A DNA stretch of 64,000 nt from Clostridia bacterium (GTDB lineage: Bacteria; Bacillota; Clostridia; Oscillospirales; CAG-272), in the NCBI GenBank assembly GCA_900768535.1, contig CAAGDE010000076.1:23317-87316 (forward strand), given 5' to 3'. Positions 55,223-64,000 of the stretch are shown in pieces. The position numbers were made by a program, and so were the translations under genes. The notes beneath the pieces were generated by a model. It was not told where the DNA came from. It saw only the letters and a list, made by a program, of their open reading frames with translations, and searched no databases. Positions within the stretch are counted from its first letter, which is position 1; each line of letters starts with the position of its first letter.

Positions 55223-58200
55223 GCAAAACACTGCCCGAAATTTTTTCAAAATATCATCCGGACGAGCAGGACCTGCGCCTGCTCCTTTCGGCGCCTCCGG
55301 AGTCGGTCCGGCTCCGCTGTGACCGGGACCAGCGCATCATGGAAATCGGCGTGGATTTTCCTGCCCCGGTCCGGCGCGCGGATCTGTTCCGCATCGAGGC
55401 GGGCATCCGGCGGGCGTATGATCTGAATTTCGTCCGCTTCCTGCCGCACTACCCCGGCGCGGCGTTTACCGAGGGCTATGTTCCCGATCTGCTTGCCGAA
55501 ACCAACCGCATGGGCATTGTGGCAAACGGCTTTTTCAACCGCTGTCACTATCGGCTGGACGGGGGAATTCTGGATATCGAGATCCCGTTCTCCGAGAGCG
55601 GTGTCAGTCTGGTGACCGATGCCAAAACGCCCGCACTGATGGAAGAGATCATCCGGCGGGAATTCGACACCGAGGTCAGAATCCGCATCCGGCAGGAGGA
55701 GGGCTACGACCCCGGCTTGTATACAAACGATCTGCAGACCATGCAGAATGCCATGTCCCACGATGCGGCGCAGGCGCAGAAGGAATATGTCCGGATGCAG
55801 GCACAGCAGGCGGCATACAACGGGGGAGCCGCCGTGCAGGAGACCGCACTCCTTCCGCGGACCCCCTGCATCGATTCCACACTGGATACAACGCCCCGGC
55901 GCATCGGCGACACCGTGTGGCAAATCGGGCATTCCCGATTTGACGTGTCCGAGCCGAAGGTGCTCTTGGGTACGGAGTTTGAAATCACGCCGACCTCCAT
56001 CGCGTCGGTCAGCCATCCGCAGAAGAACATCGTGTTCCTGGGCGAGGTGTTCAACTTTACCGCCGAGGAGAACCGCACCGGCGACAAAATGGATGTCACC
56101 TTTGACCTCTATGACGGCGGCTCCTCCATCGAACACCGCACCTTCGGCATGGAAATCGAGGATGCGAAATCGCTCTCCGGCATCGTCAGAAACGGGGGCG
56201 TTTACGCCATGCGAGGCTATGTCAAGCAGATCACCCGCAAGGGCAAGACCGACCTCGACTATAGCTTTTTCTATACCGATATCCTGCAGATTTCCAAGGT
56301 GACGCGGAAGGACAACGCCGAAAAGAAGCGCGTGGAGCTGCATCTGCATACCACCATGTCCACCATGGACGCGCTGATTCCCCCGGATGTGGCGGTCAAA
56401 ACCGCGCTGAAATGGGGGCATCCCGCCGTGGCAATCACCGACCACGGCAACGTGCAGGGCTTCCCGGACGCCATGCTGGCGCTGGAGAAGGCGGCAGGGG
56501 AAGACAACCCCTTCAAGGTGATCTACGGCATCGAAGCCTACTTCGTCAATAACACGGCAAGCGCGGTGATGGGAACGTGCAACCCTGATTACAACGCAGA
56601 GACGGTCGTGTTCGACATCGAAACTACAGGGCTCTCCGTCCGGAACTGTAAGATCACCGAAATCGGCGCGGTCAAAATCAAAAACGGCGAGGTGCTGGAG
56701 CGCTTCAATACCTTTGTCAACCCGGAGTGCCCGATTCCACCCGAAATCGTGGAGCTGACCGGCATTACCGACGAGATGGTCGCGGACGCCCCGCCGGTTG
56801 CCGACGCGCTGAAGGCATTCTTCTCCTTCATCGGAAACGACCGCGTGAAGGAAGGGGAACCGTATCCGCTGCTGGTTGCGCACAACGCGAATTTTGACAT
56901 CGGATTTATCCGCTACTTCGCAAAGGAATCCGGACTTCCCTTCGAAAACCCGTACCTGGACACGGTCGGGCTTTCCAAATTCATCAATCCGGAGCTGAAA
57001 TCGCACAAGCTGGATATTCTTGCCAAACACTACGACCTGGGCGATTTCAACCACCACCGCGCCTGCGATGATGCGGAAATGCTTGCCATGATCTACTTCC
57101 GCATGATCGACCAGCTGCAGAAAATGGAGCTGCGGACCCTGACCGAGCTGCGACGCGACATGACCGAAAAAGCCGACCCGCTCAAGCTCCCGACCTATCA
57201 CCAGATCATCCTGGTCAAAAATCAGGTCGGCTTGAAGAACCTCTACAAGCTGATCTCCTACAGCTACTTAAACTATTTCCGGCGCAACCCGCGGATTCCG
57301 AAAACCGTCCTTGAAAAGCACCGCGAGGGGCTGATCATCGGCTCTGCGTGCGAGGCGGGCGAGCTGGTGCGGGCGATTCTGGAAAACCGACCGGATAACG
57401 AGATTGAGGAGATCGTGGGTTTCTACGATTACCTGGAGATTCAGCCGATCTGCAACAACCGCTTCCTGATTGCGGAGGGGAAAATTGCCGATGACGAGGG
57501 TCTGCGGGACATCAACCGCCGCATTGTGGCGCTGGGCGAGCAGTACAACAAGCCGGTCTGTGCCACCTGTGACGCGCACTTTCTCAACAGGGAGGACGAG
57601 CTCTACCGCAAAATTCTGCTTGCCGGCATGAAGTTTAAGGATTATGACAAAGAGGTCGGGCTTTACTTCCGAACAACCGAGGAAATGCTGGAGGAATTCT
57701 CCTACCTCGGCGATGAGAAGGCATACGAGGTGGTGGTCACCAACACCAACCGGATTGCGGACATGATCGAGCGTGTCCGTCCGATTCCAAAGGGCTCCTA
57801 CACGCCGGAAATGGAAGGCGCGGAGCAGGAGCTGCAGGATATGTGCTGGGCGCGGGCAAAGAAAATGTACGGCGACCCGCTTCCGGAAATCGTTACCGCA
57901 CGCCTGAACAAGGAGCTGTCCTCCATCATCAAAAACGGCTTTGCCGTGCTGTATCTGATTGCGCAGAGACTGGTTCATTTCAGCGAGGAGCAGGGGTATC
58001 TCGTCGGCTCGCGCGGCTCGGTCGGTTCCTCCTTCGTTGCCACTATGGCGGGCATTTCGGAGGTCAACCCGCTTCCGCCGCACTACTACTGCCCGAATCC
58101 GGAGTGCCGGCACAGCGAGTTCTTCACCACGGGTGAGGTCGGTTCCGGCTTTGACCTGCCCGACAAGATGTGCCCGATGTGCGGGACGAAATACCATGCG

Positions 58201-59679
58201 GACGGGCATGACATCATGTTCGAGACCTTCCTCGGCTTCTACGGCGACAAATCGCCGGATATCGACCTGAACTTCTCCGGAGACGTGCAGGGACGGGTCC
58301 ACAAGTACACCGAGGAGCTGTTCGGCGAGGGACACGTCTTCCGTGCCGGCACGCTCGGAACGCTCGCGGACAAGACCGCTTACGGCTATGTTGCAAAATA
58401 TGTCGAGGGCAAGGGCGTCAGCCTCCCGCGTGCCGAAATGAACCGGCTGGTCAACGGCTGTACCGGCGTCAAAAAGCTGACCGGACAGCACCCCGGCGGA
58501 ATCATCGTTGTCCCGCAGAAATACGAGGTCTACGACTTCACCCCGGTTCAGCACCCCGCCGATGACCCGAACTCCGACATCATCACCACGCACTTTGCGT
58601 TCTCCTATCTCCACGATACCATCCTGAAGCTGGACGAGCTCGGACACGATATGCCGACCAAGTACAAGTGGCTGGAAACCTTTACAAACACCTCAGTCAA
58701 CGATGTGGCAATGAACGACAGCTCGGTTTACGAGCTGCTGGAATCCACCAAGCCGCTCGGCGTCACGCCGGAGGACATCGGCTGTCAGATCGGTACCTAC
58801 GGACTGCCGGAGCTGGGCACTCCGTTCGTCCAGCAGGTGTTGATCGATGCAAAACCGCATAATTTCGCCGACCTGCTCCAGATTTCCGGACTGACCCACG
58901 GCACCAACGTGTGGCTGAACAACGCGCAGGACCTGATTAAGGACGGCACCTGCGACATTTCCCGCGTCATCGGAACCCGTGACGGCGTGATGCTGGACCT
59001 GATCCGGTACGGACTGGAGAATGCGCACGCCTTCAAAATCATGGAAGCCGTCCGGAAAGGGAAGGGGCTGACCCCCGAATGGGAAGCCGAAATGCGGGAG
59101 CACAACGTGCCGGAATGGTATATCCTCTCCTGCAAAAAGATCCGCTACCTGTTCCCGAAGGCGCACGCGGCGGCGTACGTTATGTCGGCAATCCGCCTGG
59201 CGTGGTATAAGGTACACAAGCCGGTGGAGTTCTACTGCACCATGTTCACGGTTGCACCCAAAGGCTTTGATGCAAGCATCATCACCAAGGGAATGCAGAA
59301 CGTCCGGACCGTCATGGCGGACATCCAGAAGCGGGGAAAGGACGCGTCTCCCAAGGAACAGGACAGCGTCCCGGTGCTGCAACTGGTCAACGAGGCGATG
59401 TCGCGGGGAATCCGGTTTCTGCCGGTGAACCTGGCGGTATCGGAGGCGTTCGTCTTCCGACCGGAAAACGGAGGCATCCGGATGCCGTTCTCCGCTCTGC
59501 CCGGACTCGGAGACGCGGCGGCGGACAGCATCATCCAGGCGCGGAAGGAGGAGCCGTTCTTCTCGGTGGAGGACCTCCAGACCCGCGCAAAGGTCTCCAA
59601 AGGCGTCATCGACATTCTCCGCGAAGCCGGAGCCCTGGACGATGTGGAAGAGACCGATCAGCTGACCTTCAAATTCTGA
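55219..59679 (+). CDS. polC: DNA polymerase III alpha subunit, PolC type
   Basis: ATG at 55219 overlaps the ispG stop (ATGA). PHP HLHTTMSTMDA, 3'-5' exonuclease VVFDIETTGLS and the zinc motif CPNPECRH..CPMCG. 1486 aa. Confidence 0.97.
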   Translation: MSKTLPEIFSKYHPDEQDLRLLLSAPPESVRLRCDRDQRIMEIGVDFPAPVRRADLFRIEAGIRRAYDLNFVRFLPHYPGAAFTEGYVPDLLAETNRMGIVANGFFNRCHYRLDGGILDIEIPFSESGVSLVTDAKTPALMEEIIRREFDTEVRIRIRQEEGYDPGLYTNDLQTMQNAMSHDAAQAQKEYVRMQAQQAAYNGGAAVQETALLPRTPCIDSTLDTTPRRIGDTVWQIGHSRFDVSEPKVLLGTEFEITPTSIASVSHPQKNIVFLGEVFNFTAEENRTGDKMDVTFDLYDGGSSIEHRTFGMEIEDAKSLSGIVRNGGVYAMRGYVKQITRKGKTDLDYSFFYTDILQISKVTRKDNAEKKRVELHLHTTMSTMDALIPPDVAVKTALKWGHPAVAITDHGNVQGFPDAMLALEKAAGEDNPFKVIYGIEAYFVNNTASAVMGTCNPDYNAETVVFDIETTGLSVRNCKITEIGAVKIKNGEVLERFNTFVNPECPIPPEIVELTGITDEMVADAPPVADALKAFFSFIGNDRVKEGEPYPLLVAHNANFDIGFIRYFAKESGLPFENPYLDTVGLSKFINPELKSHKLDILAKHYDLGDFNHHRACDDAEMLAMIYFRMIDQLQKMELRTLTELRRDMTEKADPLKLPTYHQIILVKNQVGLKNLYKLISYSYLNYFRRNPRIPKTVLEKHREGLIIGSACEAGELVRAILENRPDNEIEEIVGFYDYLEIQPICNNRFLIAEGKIADDEGLRDINRRIVALGEQYNKPVCATCDAHFLNREDELYRKILLAGMKFKDYDKEVGLYFRTTEEMLEEFSYLGDEKAYEVVVTNTNRIADMIERVRPIPKGSYTPEMEGAEQELQDMCWARAKKMYGDPLPEIVTARLNKELSSIIKNGFAVLYLIAQRLVHFSEEQGYLVGSRGSVGSSFVATMAGISEVNPLPPHYYCPNPECRHSEFFTTGEVGSGFDLPDKMCPMCGTKYHADGHDIMFETFLGFYGDKSPDIDLNFSGDVQGRVHKYTEELFGEGHVFRAGTLGTLADKTAYGYVAKYVEGKGVSLPRAEMNRLVNGCTGVKKLTGQHPGGIIVVPQKYEVYDFTPVQHPADDPNSDIITTHFAFSYLHDTILKLDELGHDMPTKYKWLETFTNTSVNDVAMNDSSVYELLESTKPLGVTPEDIGCQIGTYGLPELGTPFVQQVLIDAKPHNFADLLQISGLTHGTNVWLNNAQDLIKDGTCDISRVIGTRDGVMLDLIRYGLENAHAFKIMEAVRKGKGLTPEWEAEMREHNVPEWYILSCKKIRYLFPKAHAAAYVMSAIRLAWYKVHKPVEFYCTMFTVAPKGFDASIITKGMQNVRTVMADIQKRGKDASPKEQDSVPVLQLVNEAMSRGIRFLPVNLAVSEAFVFRPENGGIRMPFSALPGLGDAAADSIIQARKEEPFFSVEDLQTRAKVSKGVIDILREAGALDDVEETDQLTFKF

Positions 59680-59697
59680 AAAGAGATCCGAACAAAA

Positions 59698-59737
59698 AAG
59701 CAGGTCCCCCGGAACCACCCCGGAGGATCTGCTTTTT
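59698..59737 (+). terminator. intrinsic terminator after polC
   Basis: GCAGGTCC-CCGG ... CCGG-GGATCTGC imperfect stem followed by TTTTT. Confidence 0.75.
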
Positions 59738-59744
59738 CGGCAAT

Positions 59745-59789
59745 AAAAAAGCCCCCGATTCAAGGCAAACCCGCCAAAATCAAGGGCTT
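59745..59789 (-). terminator. possible terminator of tRNA-Val
   Basis: The minus strand reads AAGCCC..(imperfect inner helix)..GGGGGCTT followed by TTTTTTATT. Confidence 0.45.
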
Positions 59790-59799
59790 CTCGGCTATC

Positions 59800-59876
59800 T
59801 GGTGGAAACAGGGAGGCTCGAACTCTCGACCTTACGGATGTGAACCGTACGCTCTAACCAACTGAGCTATGCTTCC
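59800..59876 (-). tRNA. tRNA-Val (anticodon CAC), CCA encoded
   Basis: The reverse complement reads GGAAGCA-TA-GCTC-AGTTGGTTA-GAGC-G-TACGG-TTCACAT-CCGTA-AGGTC-GAGAG-TTCGAGC-CTCCC-TGTTTCC-A-CCA. Confidence 0.85.
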
Positions 59877-59890
59877 GGACCGACACCTAT

Positions 59891-59919
59891 ATTATAGCAC
59901 ATTTTCTTCCGAATTGCAA
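59891..59919 (-). promoter_or_regulatory. promoter of tRNA-Val
   Basis: The minus strand reads TTGCAA-N17-TGC-TATAAT, preceded by an A-rich UP-like tract. Confidence 0.6.
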
Positions 59920-60041
59920 GCCCTTTTTGCAATTTTTTTATTTTTTCGGACTGTTTTTTTCGCACCGTCGCGCAGTCCCGCTTTGTGGTGACTGTACGGC
60001 GGTGCTTTCCGGAGAAAATGTCGGCGTTGAAGACGGGAATT

Positions 60042-61001
60042 TCAGCAGAATACCGTTTCGATCCGCCTCCGACAGATGTCCGGGGAATAGACCCATCGGT
60101 CCATGTGCGGGGTGGCTTCCGGATCGACGAACAGCACCGGCGCTTTGGGCGGCATCCGGCAGGGGGCGATGTCCACGACCACCAGCTTGACCTTCATGCG
60201 CTCCGGCGTAATGCTTTTGATGTAAACCGCCACGGCATGACCGATCAGCGCGCGCATGGTGTCTGCCTGCTCTGCGGTTCGGATCTCCGAGAGCCCTGCC
60301 AGGTTCGGCGCCAGTTCGATGAATGCGCCGTAATTCTCCACACTCCGCACGATCCCCGTCACGGTCTGCCCCGGTGCAAATGCCGCTGCGTTTTCCTCCC
60401 AGGTTCCCAGCAGCTCGCGCAGGGTGACCGCAATTCTCCCACGCTCCCGATCGATATTCCGGACGGCAACCGGCAGCATCATTCCAACCGACAGCCGGTC
60501 GCGCGGAAGGGAAATCCGGGAGACCGAGATGCAGTCGACCGACAGGAGGGACACCACCCCGCAGCCGATGTCGAGAAACGCCCCGAACGGCTCCATGTGC
60601 GTCACTCTGCCGGGAAGGATGTCTCCCGGAGACAGCGCCTCCAGGTAATGCGTCAGGCATTCCTCCTGCGCCGCGCGGCGGGAGAGCATTGCCAGGAACT
60701 CGCCGTTGTGCTCGGACACGGACAGCACCCTGACGGCAACCGGTTTTCCGACCCGTGACACCACGGCAATGTCCTTCCGGGATTCTCCCGTGCGGCAGAG
60801 CACCGCTTCCTCCGGCGGGATGATTCCGCGCATACATCCCAATTCCACGTGCAGTCGCATCTCCCCGTCGCAGACCGTTGCAACGCCTTCCAGGATGGTT
60901 CCCTGCATCATGGCGCGCTCCAGCCCCGCCCGTGAGGAAAGCAGATCCCGGTTTTCCTTCGTGTTCAGCAATTCACCCTCCGGCAGAAATTTTGTATTCA
61001 T
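60042..61001 (-). CDS. S1 RNA-binding domain protein (multiple S1 repeats)
   Basis: 319 aa with S1 signatures GDILPGRVTHMEPFGAFLDIG and GQTVTGIVRSVENYGAFIELA. RBS GGAGGT. Confidence 0.8.
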   Translation of the reverse strand: MNTKFLPEGELLNTKENRDLLSSRAGLERAMMQGTILEGVATVCDGEMRLHVELGCMRGIIPPEEAVLCRTGESRKDIAVVSRVGKPVAVRVLSVSEHNGEFLAMLSRRAAQEECLTHYLEALSPGDILPGRVTHMEPFGAFLDIGCGVVSLLSVDCISVSRISLPRDRLSVGMMLPVAVRNIDRERGRIAVTLRELLGTWEENAAAFAPGQTVTGIVRSVENYGAFIELAPNLAGLSEIRTAEQADTMRALIGHAVAVYIKSITPERMKVKLVVVDIAPCRMPPKAPVLFVDPEATPHMDRWVYSPDICRRRIETVFC

Positions 61002-61111
61002 CGCGTTCCTTTGACCTCCGTTATTTTCTGTTGTTACAGTCTATTCACGGCGGTCCCGGAATATGCGGCGGCGGGGGTGGGAATACTGACTTGGAACGGA
61101 GGCGGAACGAT

Positions 61112-62566
61112 TTGGAGCTTTGCGAAGATTATACGGAGAACGGAAAGCGGGTGGACGCCCTTTTGCGGGTAGAGGAAAGCTTTGATCTGATCAAAAAGGA
61201 GCTGACGGTCGGCGGCAGGAGTGCGGTGTTCTACTATCCGGACGGCATGGTGGACGGGGATGCAATGGAAAAGCTGATGATCTACCTCCTTTCCCTGAAG
61301 CCCGATGCATGGACCGGAGTGCCGGGAACGCAGGCGTTTGCCGATGCGTTCGTGCGGGCGCATCTCCCGTTTATCGAAACCGAGGTGGTTTCGGATCCGG
61401 ACGGGATGGTGCGGTCGGTTCTGTCCGGCGTGACGCTGATGCTGGCGGACGGGCTGGGGAAATACGCGATTCTGATTGACGCGCGGACCTACCCCGGACG
61501 CTCGGTGGAGGAGCCGCAGACAGACCGGGTGATGCTCGGTGCACGGGACGGCTTTGTGGAAACGCTGATCTTCAATACCGCACTGATCCGGCGGCGTGTG
61601 CGGGATCCGGCACTGACCGTGCGTCACGTCACGGTCGGAAGCGTCAGCAGGACCGATACGGCGATCTGCTATCTGCAGGGGAGAGCGGATGACGCGTACG
61701 TCCGCAGACTGACGGAGCGACTGGAAGCCCTTCCGGCAAAGTCACTGACCGCCGGTCATGAATCGCTGGCGGAGCTGCTGATCCCCGACCGGTGGTACAA
61801 TCCGTTTCCGAAAATCCGCTACACCGAGCGTCCCGACACCGCTGCGGCACAGCTGCTGGAGGGAAATGTACTGATCCTTTGCGACAATTCCCCGGTTGCC
61901 ATGGTTCTGCCGACCTCGGTTTTCGATTTTCTGCAGGAGACGAACGACTTCTATCTGCCGCCGCTGACCGGAACCTATATCCGCCTGTTGCGGCATCTGA
62001 TCTTCTGGGCAACGCTGTTCCTGACGCCGCTGTGGTTCCTGTTCGTCCGCAACCCGGATCTGACACCGGCATTTTTGCGCTTCACCCTGCCGGGGGAGCC
62101 GGGGAAGCTTCCGATTCTGTGGCAGCTGCTCCTGGTGGAGCTGATTATTGACGGCTTGCGGATGGCATCGATGAACACGCCGGATATGCTGTCCAATTCG
62201 CTCTCGGTGGTGGGGGGACTGATCCTTGGTGATTTCGCGGTGGGACTGGGCTGGCTGATTCCGGAGGTCATCGTGTTCATGGCGTTCGTTGCCATCTCCA
62301 ACTTCACACAGCGCAGCTATCAGCTCGGATATGCGTTCAAATTCCTTCGCATCGGGCTGCTGTTGCTGGTGCATTTCCTGGGTGCTCCGGGATTCGTGCT
62401 CGGATGCATCGGCATCTTCCTTCTGCTTGTGACCAACCGCACCGTGGACGGCAGGCACTCCTATCTCTATCCGCTCATTCCCTTTGACGGCAGAGCGCTT
62501 CTCTCGCTTTTCCTTCGCCTGAAAAAGACCACCAAGCCGAAGAAGAGCGTGTGGGGGAAGGAATAA
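61112..62566 (+). CDS. GerA-family spore germination protein A-subunit homologue (possibly SpoVAF-like); no adjacent B or C subunits
   Basis: TTG at 61112 lies 9 nt after GGAGG (alternative TTG at 61091). The soluble N-domain (GGRSAVFYYPDGMVDGD) is followed by about 5 TM segments. The 5' part of the track ORF (from 60878) overlaps the S1 gene and is not used. Confidence 0.8.
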   Translation: MELCEDYTENGKRVDALLRVEESFDLIKKELTVGGRSAVFYYPDGMVDGDAMEKLMIYLLSLKPDAWTGVPGTQAFADAFVRAHLPFIETEVVSDPDGMVRSVLSGVTLMLADGLGKYAILIDARTYPGRSVEEPQTDRVMLGARDGFVETLIFNTALIRRRVRDPALTVRHVTVGSVSRTDTAICYLQGRADDAYVRRLTERLEALPAKSLTAGHESLAELLIPDRWYNPFPKIRYTERPDTAAAQLLEGNVLILCDNSPVAMVLPTSVFDFLQETNDFYLPPLTGTYIRLLRHLIFWATLFLTPLWFLFVRNPDLTPAFLRFTLPGEPGKLPILWQLLLVELIIDGLRMASMNTPDMLSNSLSVVGGLILGDFAVGLGWLIPEVIVFMAFVAISNFTQRSYQLGYAFKFLRIGLLLLVHFLGAPGFVLGCIGIFLLLVTNRTVDGRHSYLYPLIPFDGRALLSLFLRLKKTTKPKKSVWGKE

Positions 62567-62573
62567 AGCGCGC

Positions 62574-63194
62574 TTACGCCAGCGCACCCAGCGTTGCCAC
62601 CGCGCCGGCGGCACAGATGAGACTGCCGTGCTCCCGGAACCAGATCCGCAGGCGTGCCGGATTTTCGGTTTCTCCGTATTCCGAGAGGAACGAAAATTCG
62701 TCCGGGACGGAAAACGGGGAGGGGGAGACGGTGACAAGCAGGATGTAGTAGCGCCCGCTGTCGTCACGGTATGCCGTGCTTTCCCCCGCAAAGCCGGCGT
62801 CCCGGAGCCTGCGGCAGGCGCGCAGCAGGCAGTCGAGGGTTTCAAAGCGGTACGCACCGTCCCTCCGGAATACTGCAGGGGACTGTCTGCCGGCGCGGAC
62901 GGTCAGCGCGCCGCCCCGTTGCTCGCTCTGCTTTTTACGTTCGCCGCAGAAGGGGACACTGCTGATGAACATTTCACAGCCGCCTCCGCGGGAGGGAAAA
63001 TACTGCACGGTCAGCTGCCGGTCCTCGGTCTCAAACGGAATCTGCCTTCGGATGTCTGCCAGCAGCAGCCGGAACGCGTGCCCGGTCTGTGCGGAGTTTT
63101 CACCGATCGTATCCGGGTCAAAATCATATGCCGACATATCCGAGGCGGTCAGCATGATTTTCAGTTTCTGTTCGTTGATTCGGATGAGTTCCAT
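62574..63194 (-). CDS. mecA: MecA-family adaptor protein
   Basis: ATG at 63194 follows GAAAGGAGCC. 206 aa, MELIRINEQKLKIMLTASDMSAYDFD.. The upstream 148 codons of the track ORF are rejected. Confidence 0.75.
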   Translation of the reverse strand: MELIRINEQKLKIMLTASDMSAYDFDPDTIGENSAQTGHAFRLLLADIRRQIPFETEDRQLTVQYFPSRGGGCEMFISSVPFCGERKKQSEQRGGALTVRAGRQSPAVFRRDGAYRFETLDCLLRACRRLRDAGFAGESTAYRDDSGRYYILLVTVSPSPFSVPDEFSFLSEYGETENPARLRIWFREHGSLICAAGAVATLGALA

Positions 63195-63327
63195 TCCATA
63201 GGCTCCTTTCGGAATTCTCTTATTTACATTATAGTCCTTTCCTTCGGAAATGGAACCCCTAAAAATATGGTAATTGCTTTTTTTGCGGCAAAATAGATGC
63301 GCTATGCGGTCGCCCCCGCCGATTTCG

Positions 63328-63374
63328 CCCTCATCCGTCGCCTGCGGCGCCACCTTCCCCCTCAAAGAGGAAGG
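63328..63374 (-). repeat. diverged dispersed copy (E) of the two-hairpin repeat module
   Basis: CCCTCATC-CGTCGCC-tgc-GGCGCCA-CCTTCC-ccctcaaaga-GGAAGG. Same order and orientation of elements as copy A at 45563-45608. Confidence 0.6.
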
Positions 63375-63420
63375 CGAACGTACCGCAACATACTTTTGTG
63401 CCGCTTTTTCACTGCCGGAC

Positions 63421-63449
63421 TTGACAAGGGGCGGAAGGTATGGTATAAT
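63421..63449 (+). promoter_or_regulatory. promoter of the histidine phosphatase gene
   Basis: TTGACA (63421-63426), 17-nt spacer, TGG-TATAAT (63441-63449). Confidence 0.6.
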
Positions 63450-63483
63450 AGATGACGGATTTTGCAGAAGGGACGGATGGAAA

Positions 63484-64000
63484 ATGGAGAAGAATGCAAC
63501 GCACGTCATCATGATCCGGCATGGGGAAAGCCGGGGGAATGCAGAGGGCTTTTTTTCGGGACAGACCGATATTCCGCTGACGCCGCTCGGCATCCGGCAG
63601 GCGGAACGCACGGCGGAATATCTGCGGGAGCGGAGCATCGACCGGATCTACTCCAGCGATCTCATCCGATCCATGCAGACGGCGGAACCGACCGCCCGGC
63701 TGCACGGGCTTCCGATCATTCCGGAAAAGGGACTGCGGGAGATTGATGCCGGCAAGTGGGAACGCGTTCCCTACAATGACCTGGCTGTACGCTTTCCGGA
63801 AACAAGAGCAATCTGGATGACGCACATCGGGCTGGCTCATCCGGACGGCGGGGAATCGGTTGCCGGGGTTGCCGCGCGCATCCGGGCAACGGTGGAGCGG
63901 CTGGTACGGGAAAATCCGGGGCGCTGTATCGCACTGTTCTCACACGCGCTTCCGATCCGCTCCATGGGGTGCATCTGGCAGGGAATTCCGATTCCCGAAA
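63484..64000 (+). CDS. histidine phosphatase (phosphoglycerate mutase) family protein, 3' end outside window
   Basis: Not in the ORF track because there is no stop in the window. My translation from ATG 63484 reads MEKNATHVIMIRHGESRGNAEGFFSGQTDIPLTPLG..SSDLIRSMQTAEP, with the RHGE catalytic motif. Confidence 0.8.
   Translation, partial: MEKNATHVIMIRHGESRGNAEGFFSGQTDIPLTPLGIRQAERTAEYLRERSIDRIYSSDLIRSMQTAEPTARLHGLPIIPEKGLREIDAGKWERVPYNDLAVRFPETRAIWMTHIGLAHPDGGESVAGVAARIRATVERLVRENPGRCIALFSHALPIRSMGCIWQGIPIPE

Noticed and set aside
59930-59975. Hairpin GGACTG-N19-CAGTCC as the terminator of the S1-domain gene.
   Set aside because: The T-tract lies on the wrong side for the minus-strand gene, and the stem is only 6 bp with a large loop. 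The T-rich run is better explained as the UP-like element of the tRNA-Val promoter.
60878-61111. The 5' extension of the GerA-family track ORF.
   Set aside because: It overlaps the start of the S1-domain gene on the other strand, translates to Pro/Gly/Ser-rich junk, and the first recognisable GerA sequence follows the TTG at 61112.
63195-63638. The 5' extension of the mecA track ORF (354 aa in total).
   Set aside because: MecA homology begins at MELIRINEQ (ATG 63194), which has a strong GAAAGGAGCC RBS. The extension runs through the repeat element and the divergent promoter of the phosphatase gene.

Overview
GC-rich chromosomal segment. By gene content (YlmC/YmxH, GerA/SpoVAF-type protein, MecA, PolC, ECF module, [FeFe] hydrogenases) it most likely comes from a spore-forming, strictly anaerobic member of the Clostridia (Oscillospiraceae/Ruminococcaceae-like). 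That taxonomic call is inference only. I support about 62 protein genes, 2 tRNAs, several TTGACA-N17-TGnTATAAT promoters and several intrinsic terminators. I see no rRNA, CRISPR array, transposase or integrase.

Gene content in order:
- Translationally coupled shikimate operon: aroB-aroC-(aroE-aroK fusion)-aroQ-aroA-tyrA-DAHP synthase.
- nrdDG with putative NrdR boxes.
- proBAC, a LysR regulator and yfcE.
- An APH-fold kinase followed by an hfs/HydS-type cluster: two small [2Fe-2S] proteins, a PAS-containing sensory [FeFe] hydrogenase, a PP2C phosphatase and a group-B [FeFe] hydrogenase.
- ruvBA-yfhO-DUF951 on the minus strand, divergent from ruvC.
- An rRNA-type methyltransferase, ecfA1A2T and truA.
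- A membrane-anchored unknown protein, cvpA, a ClpE-like ATPase, a catalytically degenerate P-type ATPase homologue and ylmC.
- rpsB-tsf, then ylxM-ffh-rpsP-KH.
- An unknown protein, glpK and araB.
- A repeat-rich intergenic region, tRNA-Leu(CAA), and a Y-family polymerase with a YolD-like partner.
- pfkB, then pyrH-frr-uppS-cdsA-dxr-rseP-ispG-polC.
- tRNA-Val(CAC), an S1-domain protein, an orphan GerA-family protein, mecA and a partial histidine phosphatase.

Most of the window is housekeeping. The candidates most worth follow-up are:
1. The HydS/PP2C signalling cluster, whose kinase and output are not encoded in any obvious way.
2. The pseudo-enzyme P-type ATPase.
3. A structured two-hairpin repeat family, clustered at 45.5-46.0 kb with a diverged copy at 63.3 kb.

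All functional calls come from reading motifs in the supplied translations. No database search was run.
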